A DNA stretch of 63,831 bases, filler included, from Welwitschia mirabilis (Eukaryota): assembly GCA_051453625.1 (NCBI GenBank). It is 4 parts of one record of this genome, joined end to end, with 100 filler letters (N's around TTAATTAATTAA, not from the genome) between each part and the next. Parts side by side here need not be neighbours in the genome. Positions count along the whole stretch, not along the records: positions 1 to 29,656 come from JBOZIK010000001.1; 3 more parts are not named here. One strand, 5' to 3'. The translations under genes were made by a program, and so were the position numbers. This document shows, one piece after another, positions 1-12,650 of this stretch (within the stretch, counting starts at the first letter, position 1; each line of letters opens with the position of its first letter). The notes beneath the pieces are model-generated. The model searched no databases and was not told the DNA's origin. It was given only the letters and a program-made list of their open reading frames with translations.

Positions 1-1915
1 CTTGTGTTTCTTCTTTCCTTTGTTATTAATGTTAAAAGGGGGAGAATCACTTAGTTGTTTATGTTGCTTTTAGATGTATCTGCTCTTCATGAGTACTTTT
101 CATTGTAATGTTCATCTTTCAGTAATAGAAATGCACTTGTTTTTATGCTCTATAATTTATGTCTCAAATTTTTAAGTGCACATCTCTTTTCACTATGAAC
201 TATAATTTCTGGTATATCTTATGATTATTTAATAATTCATGATTAAGATGTTTTTTATTGTATATATTTTGGCACTTCAAATTGTTTTTAAATATTGGCA
301 TAATTTCANNNNNNNNNNNNNNNNNNNNNNNNNNNNNNNNNNNNNNNNNNNNNNNNNNNNNNNNNNNNNNNNNNNNNNNNNNNNNNNNNNNNNNNNNNNN
401 NNNNNNNNNNNNNNNNNNNNNNNNNNNNNNNNNNNNNNNNNNNNNNNNNNNNNNNNNNNNNNNNNNNNNNNNNNNNNNNNNNNNNNNNNNNNNNNNNNNN
501 NNNNNNNNNNNNNNNNNNNNNNNNNNNNNNNNNNNNNNNNNNNCAGAAACTAAAGCAATGTTTGTCATATTTTGATCCTGAAACCTATCAAGTTTTATTA
601 CACTCTTAAGGAGTTGATCGAACTTTTAAGGGTCGACCACATCTAAAGCAAACATCCAGAAATGAACCGAATTCAGAGGGGTTAACTAAACATTTGAGGG
701 ATCGACGGGACTTGTGAATCTGAGCACTAGTACTCTTGAACTAATCATCAAGGAATCAACCGGACATTTGAGNNNNNNNNNNNNNNNNNNNNNNNNNNNN
801 NNNNNNNNNNNNNNNNNNNNNNNNAGGGGTCGATCGAACATTCAAGAACTCAACTAGAATTAAGCACTGTGCGTCTGATACTTTTTAACTGATTATCAAT
901 GGGTCAACTAGACACCTGAGGGGTTGACTGGACCTGAGAACTTAGCATCAATACTTCACCATCGATGAGCAAGGTGTTGATCAGATTCCTAAGTGATCGA
1001 CTAGATCTAGAGCAAAAAAGTTATGTTGGATTTTATCTAGACCAAATAGGTGACCAGATAGATAGGTGGGCGATTGAATGAGTGGTCGACTAGAGCCTTA
1101 GGATCAACCAGACATAGAGCAGTAAGAAACTATATCAACTAAAAAGAATACAAGGACAACCGATTTAAGTGACGGCACTAAGAAAAGTTGATCAAATGTT
1201 TAAGGGGCCAATTGACTATGATAGAAACACAAATTTTATAGCCATTAGATATCCATTTTATGGTCATTGAAAGATCTTTTTCACTAGTAAAAACCCTAAA
1301 AGTCTTCTACTATATATAGCCAAGAGTTAAATCATCGTCACATTTTTTACTGAACTTTTAAATCTTGTGGATTTATCATTATACTCATTTGGCATTACAT
1401 TCCTAATCAAAGACGAACCAAGAACTATGGTATCTTTGCATACAAAGTTAGATCTATAGCACTCCTTATTTCTAGATTGTATCATCTTTATGAGAAGTAC
1501 TTCAATACCTTTATTGAACCCAAGATTAAGTGATACCTATGCATTTGGGCATATTATCATCACTATTAAGCTTTCTTACAAAAGGTTGAGTTTGAGCCTT
1601 TAGAAAAAGTTCATCCGTAAAGGTTACAGGTGAACCTACAATACCTAGAAGAGATTAATGAAGATCTGGATCAGGCTTGAATAGAAGATGATTGTTGAGA
1701 GTGGAGTAGGGGGTTTTCCCGAATCACTATAAATCTTATGTGCTTCTGATTAGTAGTTTTGTACTTTCTATTATTTCATTTTTCAGAATAGTTTTAGTTT
1801 TCTTATACAAGTTTTTAGTGATTCATTTTAAGCAAGTTAACATTGTGAAGATATTTGAATATTTTTAGAAATGTATTAACCCCCGCCTCTTTCCTTTAGG
1901 GTTCTTGATCCTATA
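1..1915 (+). mobile_element. 3' end and LTR of a SIRE-like Ty1/Copia retrotransposon
   Basis: PPT-like AAAAGGGGGAGA at ~35-46. Decayed GGGTCGACCGGAC-like motifs repeat across ~545-1220, with a TATA-like CTATATATAG at ~1310. The end ATTAACCCCCGCCTCT...GATCCTATA (~1875-1915) resembles the LTR end of the younger SIRE at 28706-28745. Confidence 0.7.
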
Positions 1916-2682
1916 ATAACCATCCACACCCTCATGCTCACCTATAAAACAACCTTAATTCCTTTATTGTATTCATCCTTTATGTGGGTAAAGCACAGAA
2001 TCTTTAGAGCATTAAGACGTAATGGTCTTCTAACTACTTTCTTGAGGAGTGATCTTATTTCAAGGAGCTTCAGAATTCCTTTTTATTCCTTCATTTTAGA
2101 TGTAATGTATATTTTCTTGATTCAATAATTCAAAGTTATTTCCTTTTAATTGTTAGTGTCAAATTTTATTTTTTACTAAGAATACTTAAGGGATAGTTTA
2201 ACTATTAAGTTTACTTAATCAATTGAGTGAATTCATTTTGTTAATTCATTCACAGTTTTAGTAGTTTTATGGATCTTATGTACAGTAAGTTTATAATTTC
2301 CATTTTTACTTTAATGTTGTAAAGGATCAATGGCAATCAAGTTTATCAACACTCAAATAGTAAATGAGACTATGCCATCATGACTGAAGCCTTTACACTT
2401 GATGGTCTCAATTTTTATTTTAGAATATTGCTACCTATGGTCAAGTAAGAACTTGCAAGAGGATGAATCAAGTGACTTTGAACTTGCTTTCTTTCGACTT
2501 TCTAAATGAAGTTCAAAAACAAAAATTCTAGTTTCCCTTTCCTTTTTCCTTATTTTTACAACTTGCAAGTTAGTAACACTTAGTGCAATTTCTATTTAAC
2601 CAACCCTAGTTATCCCTATGGAAGAATAATAACTAAGTTTTTAACTTAGTTTTATATCTAGATCACTATAAACTATGATTAG
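1916..2682 (+). repeat. 3' part of the 5' LTR of an Athila-like Gypsy element, interrupted by the Copia element
   Basis: Aligns by eye with ~8120-9035 at roughly 85% identity and is followed directly by a PBS-like motif. Confidence 0.75.
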
Positions 2683-2686
2683 ATTT

Positions 2687-2705
2687 TGGCACTTGTTGCT
2701 GGGAA
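2687..2705 (+). promoter_or_regulatory. Degenerate Athila-type primer binding site
   Basis: TGGCACTTGTTGCTGGGAA versus the typical TGGCGCCGTTGCCGGGGA. The differences are mostly C>T and G>A. Confidence 0.6.
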
Positions 2706-5700
2706 TAATGGCATAGTAGTTGCTCAGAAACAGTAAAACTTTTCTTTCTTGAAAATTTTTAGTTAGATTTTGTTTTTTTAGTGGTGGGTATTGGAATTTT
2801 TTAGTGATACCCGAATTGATTCATTTTCTCTTTCTTTTGTGTGCTTTCTAGTGGTTGGTACTGGTTATTCTAGTGATACTTAAACTGGTTCTATTTTGAT
2901 TTTTTTCTTTATTTTATTTGCTTTAACTTGATTTGGTTATAAGTCAAATGAATTTCTTTGTAGGTTGGGACCAAGGAGAATAAAACTTAAAAATTAACTC
3001 ACTTTGCATTATTTGAATTTTTCTGCATTTTTAATTCTAGTTTTTTATGTGAGCTCACTATTAAAAAAAAGTAAAATATAAAAAAATTTAATCAATTTTC
3101 ATTAAGCATGGATTTCATGCATACTCATTTTTTTATTTTATTTTTGGTTTTTTTGTGATCCTTAATGTTATTCTATCTATAATACTTTTGAAAAATGTTG
3201 TATTTTTTTCTTTAACTGAAAATATCATCTGGACTAGTTCTATCGCCTTTCCTCTCCAGCATTGCCGACTGTTCTACATAGAACACTTTAAAAAAATCAC
3301 ACAGTTCTTTTCTCATTCTAATAAAACATTTTGTATATTAGGACCCTTTGAAAACTTAGAAAATTAATGAAAATGTGAATCTTTTTGTAAATTTCATAAT
3401 CTATTTTCTAAAAATTTTAACATAAGTTAGGCATCTAATCTAAATGAAATAGCTTATGAACCTGACTTTACCCATGGAAACTATGATAATTCCTACAACA
3501 CATCCAATGATGATCAACATAAAACTATAGGAGATTACATTTGGCCTAAGAAAACCTTAGGGGATTACCTTTAATATAATCACAACTTATATCCTTTGCC
3601 CTCCTTTCCTTATTCATTTGATCATCAAACTCCTTATTGCAAATTTGAAATACCTTGTTTACAAGAGTTTGATCCCACACCTTTCATTACATCTCATGAT
3701 CCTTATCCTTCATCATTTGATCCTAATCATCCATTATCCTTTATTCAACAACAACCTTCATCTACTCCATTTTAAGAGAGAGTAAAAACTTTCATGAATG
3801 TTCAAAGCCAAGTTAACTAAGATCATTAAAGAATTTTTAAATGATACTCCTCTTCTTTAGGTAATCTTAAGCAAAGTTTCTAAACCCCAATTCAATTCCT
3901 CCAATAAATTGCCCAAACTAATGCTCAAGTCATGGGAATCCTTAATTAGCAAAAAGTAGACTTTCACCTAAGCCTTTAAATTTTTAAAAATAATAAGGAT
4001 AGTGAAACAAATGACACTCAAACCACATTCATTAAGAATGAGGAAGAAACCAATGAAGAAGTTCATAAGGATCTTCAATCTAGANNNNNNNNNNNNNNNN
4101 NNNNNNNNNNNNNNNNNNNNNNNNNNNNNNNNNNNNNNNNNNNNNNNNNNNNNNNNNNNNNNNNNNNNNNNNNNNNNNNNNNNNAATGTTGTATTATTTC
4201 TTTAACTAAAAGTATCATCTGGACTAGCACTATCACCTTTCCTCTCTGGCATTGCCGATTGTTCTGCGTAGAACACTCTAAAAAAATCACATAGTTCTTT
4301 TCTCATCATAGTAAAACATTTTGGATATTAGGACCCTCTGAAAACTTAGAAAATTAATGAAAATGTGAACCTTTTTGTAAATTTCATAATCTGTTTTCTA
4401 AAAATTTTAACATGAATGGGGCATATAATCTGAATGAAATAGCTTATGAACCTGACTTTACCCATGGAAACTATGATAATTCCTATAACACATCCAATGA
4501 TGATCAACATAAAACTATAGGAGATTACATTTAACCCAAGAAAATCTTAGGGATTACCTTTAATATAATCATAACAACTTATATCCTTTGCCCTCCTTTC
4601 CTTATTCATTTGATCATCAAACTTCTCATTCCAAATTTGAAATACCTTATTTACAAGAGTTTGATCCCATACCTTTCATTGCATCTCATGATCCTTATCC
4701 TTCATCATTTGATCCCAATCATCCATCATCCTTTATTCAATAACAACCTTCATCTACTCCATTTCAGGAGAGAGTAAAAACTTTCATGAATGTTCAAAAC
4801 TAAATTAATTAAGATCATGAAAGAATTTTTGAATAATATTCCTCTTCTCTAGGTAATCTTAAGCAAATTTTCTAAGCCCCAATTCAATTCCTCCAACAAA
4901 TTGCCTAAACTAATGCTCAAATTATGGAAATCCTTAATAGGCAAAGAAAAGACTTTCACCCAAGCCTTTAAGTTTTTAAGAAGAATAAGGATATTGAAAC
5001 CAATGACACTCAAACCACATCCATTAAGAATGAGGAAGAAACCAATGAGGAAGTTAATTATCTGTGAGAAATCTATATTTTAAAGTAGGAATAAACATAT
5101 CAAAGGATAATTCAAAGGATGAATAATCATTTAAGGAGGGATATACCTTAGAAAGTTCTACTAGGAATGATTCATTAAGTAATATCGATGAAAAAAATAT
5201 TGAATTACAACCTTTATTAAGAGAAATCTCATAGTAACCTTAATAAGGAGGAAAACATCCATCCTAGCCTTTTTATCAATAATTTAATAAACCAACCATT
5301 GCATCTTTACTTTTATCCAAGCAAGATCTAAGCCTTAATGAAAAACCTTCTTTAGAATTAGAACCAAAGATCTTAGTTCTTCTGATGAACATTTATCTTG
5401 TTAAAAAACTTTTAATCCAACTCAAAATGATGTCTTACAAGAGTTATTGACTAAACATAAACAAGCTAAGGAATGGGCTACTACTGATTTTAAATGCATA
5501 AACTTTTCTACTTACACTAATGTTCTTTCAAATTTCATAAAACATGGCAAAAAAAAATTACTTGGATTTCCTCCTATCTCAAAATGTTTTGTAAAGTTTT
5601 GAATTATCCAACGGTCGTTTCCACACTCTTGAGCCTTTATGCATATATTGCTTTAGAGAATTTTTAACTTTTATGTTATATTTTTCTTATAGGAAAGATT

Positions 5701-7164
5701 TTCTTTAAAGGCAGATTTATTCTAAAAAAATAAAAGACCTAAAAACACATGTGCTTGATGATCTCTCTAGCCTAAAACCCCGCAAGCACTTCCATTTGTA
5801 CAATCAGCACCTTAAACCATTTCACTTAGGAATTCCCAAATTTTGTCCCTCTTAAACTTCTTCATTTACCCTTTCCATTTCTAATAATCCCTTCAAGACA
5901 AAAAACCATCTAGTTATGCCATTGATCTATGAGTTCTTATGACTTATAGACCTAGGTTAATGGCCCTTAAATTAAAAAACAATAATAGGCAATCTAATTA
6001 TTACTTAGGTTATGGTTGCGATTAAGTTCACTTATGGGTTTTTAAGGAAGAGTTACGCTTATTTCGAGCATGATAGTTAAGAGCATGTTCATTTATGATT
6101 TTTAATTTCAGTAAAACTTGATTGAAAAGGTGGAATTCACCTTTGTATATGTTTCTTAAGTCTAAAGCCTTTAACGGGGATAAGATTTGTCTTGATTAGG
6201 CTAATGAACCAATGACCCCTCTAATGTGCATAAAAAAATGGATATGAGAAGATGAATAAAAGATATATATATCTCTTCTCTAAGCACACATATCTTTAAG
6301 CACTTAATTAAGTTTAGTTAACTACATCAGGGCTATGGATACTCATTGGTGATGTAGCTCTAACAATCTATTTTATGACATGTTCAACTGTATTAGGGCT
6401 ATAGATGCTCACTGCTAATGTAGCACTGACTCTTTCATACATCAACATGTTTAGTTTTGTTGAAGGAAGATTTTATAACATCAGATGCTATATGATTCAA
6501 AGAAAATGAGGGCATATATGTTGGTAGAAATGAAAAATAAAGGAACGTAAAAGGTGGGAATTGGAGGCCTTTAGTAATTTATAGTCTTTTAACTTTCATA
6601 CTTAGGATTTACTTCAATTTCTTGAACTCATATAAGTTACTTTATCAAAATTACACTTATTTGATATTTAGGTCCATTAAAAATACAAAAATATAATAAG
6701 GGCCACTAACTTAGGTAGATTTGCTCATTTCTTCATTCATTAATGGTTAAGTCTATCTTCATTGTCCATTCCACCTCACTCCCAATTCATCAAAAGAACC
6801 TTTTTAAGGTTTGGCTCTTTACCTAGGATTTTTTATAAGTAATAAAATAGTCATTAGTTAGTTTTTCCATTTCATAGCCTAATTGCATTGCTTTGTATTG
6901 TTTTCATAAAAGGACTTATCACAATCTTTCTAAGGTCATGTTCTGAAATCTTTAAATACTTTTTATCATAAAATTTGAGAACAAATTTTAATTTTGGTTA
7001 GGGGATACAACATCCATTTTAATGCCTTACTTGCAGCAAATTAGTCATAAAATTTTTTAAAGTTATGTCATTCACACACTTTAGTACTTTTGACTTCAAC
7101 AACTTTTCCATGTTTAATCATATTAACTTTTTGCTAGGGCACTAGTAAAGGACTGGTCAGGGGA

Positions 7165-9035
7165 TGTTAACATGTAAGAATTAACATTATAACCAAGTTA
7201 AATGACCAATTAATCTTAATGAAAAACATTAATATAATCGATTTTATCATAAAAACATGTCTTCTTTTGATTTGCACAATAATTATGGAATTATCATGAN
7301 NNNNNNNNNNNNNNNNNNNNNNNNNNNNNNNNNNNNNNNNNNNNNNNNNNNNNNNNNNNNNNNNNNNNNNNNNNNNNNNNNNNNNNNNNNNNNNNNNNNT
7401 ATGATGGAAAAGTGGATTAAATGCAGTTATGGGATTGATCATATCGCAATTAAAAATAAATTACATTCTTAATGACATATGATGGTGATGATGAAGACTT
7501 GCAGAACAAAATTTAGGGGCCTAAGTGGGATAACGATGGAGATACATGATGACAGTGGTTGGTAGCAATTGCAGCATCTTGGAGCTAAGTGTTGGGATCA
7601 TCATAGGATCTCTACCAATCAGAAGAAATGAAAAATCATCNNNNNNNNNNNNNNNNNNNNNNNNNNNNNNNNNNNNNNNNNNNNNNNNNNNNNNNNNNNN
7701 NNNNNNNNNNNNNNNNNNNNNNNNNNNNNNNNNNNNNNNNTGAAAGACATGCTTAAAAATGAAGATTATTGGAGCTTAAACATTGGTGTCATTGTCTAGA
7801 ACTATGGGCACCATCAGTCTGTTTATGTCAAATAAATTAAATCTCACGTTCCTAAAATTATGATGGAAAAGTGAATTAAATGTAGTTATGGGCTTGATCA
7901 TATTCCAATAAAAAATAAACTACATTCTTAATGACATGTGATGGTGATGACAAGCTTGCAGAACAAAATTTAGGAGGGCTAAGCAGAATAACGATGGAGA
8001 TACATGATGACAGTGGTTGGTAGCAGTTGCAGTATCTTGGAGCTAAGTGTTGAGATCATCATAGGAATCTCTACCAAATAGAAGAAATGAAAAACCGTCC
8101 TACCTAATGTCATCATTATGTAACCATCCACCCAACACTACAAGCCAATAACTTGCATGCTTACCTATAAAAGGACCTTAAGTCCTTCACTGTATTCATC
8201 CTTTGTTTGGACAAAGAATGGAACATTTAGAGTGTTAAGGTGTAATGGCCTTCTGAGTACTTCCTTAGGGAGTGGACTTGTTGTAAGGAGCTTAAGGAGT
8301 TCTTCCTATTCCTTTATCTTTAATATAATGTACAGTTGCTTAATTCAANNNNNNNNNNNNNNNNNNNNNNNNNNNNNNNNNNNNNNNNNNNNNNNNNNNN
8401 NNNNNNNNNNNNNNNNNNNNNNNNNNNNNNNNNNNNNNNNNNNNNNNNTATCTTTAATATAATGTACATTTGCTTAATTCAATAATTTAGAGTTATTTAT
8501 TTTTAATGGTTAGATTTAAATTCAATTTTATACTAGGAACACTTAAGGAATAGCATAACTATCAAGTTTACTTTAATTAATCAAGTAAATTTGCTTATGG
8601 TTTTAGTAGTTTCATGAATCTTATGCATAGTGAGTTCATACTTTCCATTTTTACTGTAAGGCTATGAAGGATCAATGGTAATTGAATTCATCAACTCTCA
8701 AATGGTAAATAAGATTATGTCATCATAACCAGAGCCTTTACACTTGATGGTCTAAGTTTCTATTTTAGGATAGTGCTACATATGATCAAGTAAGGACTTG
8801 TAAGAGGATGAATCAAATGACTGAGAACTTGCTTGCTTTCCACTTTCTGAACAAAGTTTTGAAAACAAAAATTCTAAGCTCTTCTTTTCCCTTTTCTTTT
8901 CCCTTCTTTTTGTAACTTGCAAGTTAGTAAGAGTTAGTGCAATTTCTATTTAGCAAATCCTAATTATCCCTGTGGAAAAATGATAACTAAGTTTTTAACT
9001 TAGTTTTAAATCCAAATCAGTATAAATTATAACCA
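7165..9035 (+). repeat. 3' LTR of the Athila-like non-autonomous element (contains gaps and assembly duplications)
   Basis: Starts TGTTAAC right after a purine tract and ends ...TATAACCA. Homologous to 1916-2682. Confidence 0.7.
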
Positions 9036-11035
9036 ATAGTATTAGGACATCATATTTCTAATGAAGGTATCAAGATGAATCCAACCCAAATTGACATCAT
9101 TATAAATCTTCCTTGTTTAACTAATGTCAAAAAAATTAGATTCTTTCTTAGCCTTGTTGGTTTGTATAGAAGATTCATTAAGGATGATGTCAAAATATAC
9201 AAACCTCTCCACTCTTTATTTGAAAGAGATGTTACGTTTCATTAGTTTAAAGAGTGTTAACTTGCCTTTGAAAAACTTAAGGATGAAAACACTTTTAAAC
9301 CTATAGTATAAGGTCCCAATTCAAATAAAGATTTTAAACTCATGTGCAGTGCTAATAATGTGGTTATAGGCAGAGTATTGGGACAAAAACATGAAAAGGG
9401 ATATAAGATCATTAGCTATATTAGTAAAATACTTTTTAAGCCCAACTTAATTACATCACCACTAAAAAAGAAATTCATTTCATAATCTATTACCTTGATA
9501 AAATTAGACACTACCTCCTTTGCTTCTATATAAATGTCTATACGAATCATGCTGGCATTTAGATATTTGATGAGTAAGAAGGATTATAGTGAAAAACTTA
9601 TTAAATGGATTTTTCTAATGTAAGAATTCTATTTAACCATCATATATAAGAAGGGAAAATATTATGTCACTAGCCATCTCTCAGAAGTTCTTTATGAATA
9701 AAACCCTCTACATTTCTCTTCTGACCTTCCTAAAGAAGATACTTTTCAAGATAAGCAACTCTTTTCTATTAAAGAACTCTACTCTATTTCTTCTCAACAC
9801 CCCACTTCATGGTATGGAGACATTTTTACATTATCTTGTTACCATAAAAAAATCGCCAATCTTAGATCAAAAGCAAGTAAAATCTCTCTTCCATAAAGAG
9901 GAGATTATGAATGGAATGAACCCCATCTCTACTGTAGATGTAAAGATAAAACCATATGTAAGTATGTTCCATAAGGGGAACAATTCGATATCCTTACTCT
10001 TTGTTATGGTAATGTGTTTGGAGGTCACTACAGTAGTTAAACAACCATTACAAAAATCATACATGGTAGATTCTATTAGCCTACACATTTTAAAGATTTA
10101 GTTAACTTTATTAGAAGATGTGATACATGTCAATGCTTTGGTAGCATTTTATAATCACAGAAAATGTCCCTCAAACATATTATTAAGTTTAAAACTTTTA
10201 AATATTAGGGAATTTATTTCATAAATCCAATTAAACCACCTTCTAAAGATAAAAATTGCATTTTAGTGGCTATGAATTATGTAACTGATGTAGCTTCTAC
10301 TTCCTCAAATGATGCTCGAATCATTTGAAATTCTTTTAAAAATCAAAATTTTCAATACTTTGATTTTCCTCGAATAATCATTAATGATCAAAAAACTCAC
10401 TTCATTAATCATTTTTTTTTAAAAACTTCTTTTATCCATGAGTATAGAACATCATGTAGCTTATGCTTATCATCCTTAAATCAATGGATAAACTAAAAAT
10501 GTTAATCAAGAAATTAAAAAAATGATTTAAAAAATTATCTCTACCAATAAGAATTAATAGGATTTTAAATGAAATTATGTTCTTTAGGATTATTATATCA
10601 TTGGATGTAATTCACTTAGTGTATCACCTTATGAATTTGTATATAGTAAAGTCTATGTTTTATCTGTTGATGTTTGTTACAATTCTTATCATTTTACACA
10701 TCAGCGTAATCTTATGGACTTAGAAAAAATATTAAATCTCATTTAGTTTTGAATTATTTAAATGAAAATCATACTCAAGTATTGATTTTCAACTTATCCA
10801 TAAAGTCCAAAGTAAGTTCAAGAATGATAAAAAATTGATTTATAAGAACTTTGAACCTAGTCAACTGATCTTGTTATACAATACTAGAGTGCATATTCTA
10901 CATAATAAGTTAAGCTTAAAATAGTTAGTTCTTACCTTATTGAATAGTTACATTCTAATAGCTCTATTGAGATTTATGACATAACTACTAAAGAAATTTA
11001 AAAATTTAATGGATAAAGGTTAAAAATATATGAGC
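9036..11035 (+). pseudogene. Degenerate Athila-like Gypsy pol (RT C-terminus, RNase H, integrase)
   Basis: Translates across stops and frameshifts as IVLGHHISNEGIKMNPTQIDIIINLP...LVGLYRRFIKD, VIGRVLGQK...QLNYITTKKE, GGHY...TxxK and FKKFNG*RLKIYE. These match the Athila pol motifs GIVLGH, FYRRFIKD, GAVLGQ, NYTTTEKE and FKVNGQRLK. Confidence 0.85.
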
Positions 11036-11540
11036 AACCTTCTCATATAAACATGATAGAACTGCTAGTCTAAGAGGTTTCCCTCAATGAAAAGGAATTA
11101 TTTTCTATCATTATTTAAATTTTCTTTTAAATTTTTCTTTGAAGGCCATTATGACATCACTTAATCATCTTTTAGACATGACCTATGTATTTATTTCTAT
11201 GACTAGTCTTTGACTTGGGCATTTTATAGAGGTAAAATTGGATTTACCTAATCTTCAGACATTCACACATCTATGGAATTCATTTTAAAGGAGGATGATT
11301 TATTTATAATATTTTTTTTAATGATGAAAAGATCTTAGATTATTTAAGGATGTTCTTTTTTGTCTTCTATCTTATTACTTCACCTTTATCTTTTGGAATG
11401 TTTGGTCATGTGGAATGTTTTCATCTATTTATACATACACNNNNNNNNNNNNNNNNNNNNNNNNNNNNNNNNNNNNNNNNNNNNNNNNNNNNNNNNNNNN
11501 NNNNNNNNNNNNNNNNNNNNNNNNNNNNNNNNNNNNNNNN

Positions 11541-12650
11541 CAGAAAAATCAATGCCTACCATTTATAAACAAATGGTCAAGCTAAAATGCTAATAAGAAA
11601 AATAGGAAAATGTTGTAAAACCTTGTATCTCAGAATAAGAAATCATGTTCTTTGAAACTTAATGATGTTTTTGAAGTTTCACTTGGCATAATTCACTTGG
11701 TTTTTCTCCTTATGAACTTATGTATGGAAAAACTTGGGTACTTCATGTTAATGCATGCTATAATTCTTATAAAATCGTTTATCAACTTTATATTATTGAT
11801 TTTGATGAGAATCTTTAGTATATGTTAGCATAATTACAACATCTTCATGAAAAATGAACTCATGCTATCCATAAACAACTCAATCAAAAAGCCCAAGACA
11901 AATTTTACCATGATAAAAACCTTATTTCCAAATCCTTTAAACCTAGTCAATTAGTTCTTCTATTTAATACTNNNNNNNNNNNNNNNNNNNNNNNNNNNNN
12001 NNNNNNNNNNNNNNNNNNNNNNNNNNNNNNNNNNNNNNNNNNNNNNNNNNNNNNNNNNNNNNNNNNNNNNNNNNNNNNNNNNNNNNNNNNNNNNNNNNNN
12101 NNNNNNNNNNNNNNNNNNNNNNNNNNNNNNNNNNNNNNNNNNNNNNNNNNNNNNNNNNNNNNNNNNNNNNNNNNNNNNNNNNNNNNNNNNNNNNNNNNNN
12201 NNNNNNNNNNNNNNNNNNNNNNNNNNNNNNNNNNNNNNNNNNNNNNNNNNNNNNNNNNNNNNNNNNNNNNNNNNNNNNNNNNNNNNNNNNNNNNNNNNNN
12301 NNNNNNNNNNNNNNNNNNNNNNNNNNNNNNNNNNNNNNNNNNNNNNNNNNNNNNNNNNNNNNNNNNNNNNNNNNNNNNNNNNNNNNNNNNNNNNNNNNNN
12401 NNNNNNNNNNNNNNNNNNNNNNNNNNNNNNNNNNNNNNNNNNNNNNNNNNNNNNNNNNNNNNNNNNNNNNNNCCTAGTCAATTAGTTCTTCTATTTAATA
12501 CTAAAGTGCATTTAATTCATAATAAGTTAACTTTTAAATGACTAGGTCCTTATATATCGAGAAATACATCTTAATAACCTTATTGAGATTTGTGATTTAA
12601 ACTCATATGAAAAGTTAAAAGTAAATGAACAATGGTTGAAGCTATACTAA
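11541..12650 (+). pseudogene. Second degenerate Athila-like integrase C-terminal fragment
   Basis: AYHL*TNGQAK, SPYELMYGKT and KVNEQWLKLY motifs. Clearly diverged from the copy at ~10450-11035. Confidence 0.75.

Larger units (their letters stand above)
1916..9035 (+). mobile_element. Non-autonomous (pol-less, LARD-like) Athila-related LTR element
   Basis: Order is LTR, PBS, an internal region with no recognisable RT or integrase, an Athila-like 3' motif (TTGCTAGGGCACTAGTAAAGGACTGGTCAGGGGA, ~7131-7164), then a second LTR from TG at 7165 to CA at 9035. Confidence 0.65.

Noticed and set aside
9664-10101. 145-aa ORF as an independent gene
   Set aside because: It is an off-frame reading of the degenerate Gypsy pol.
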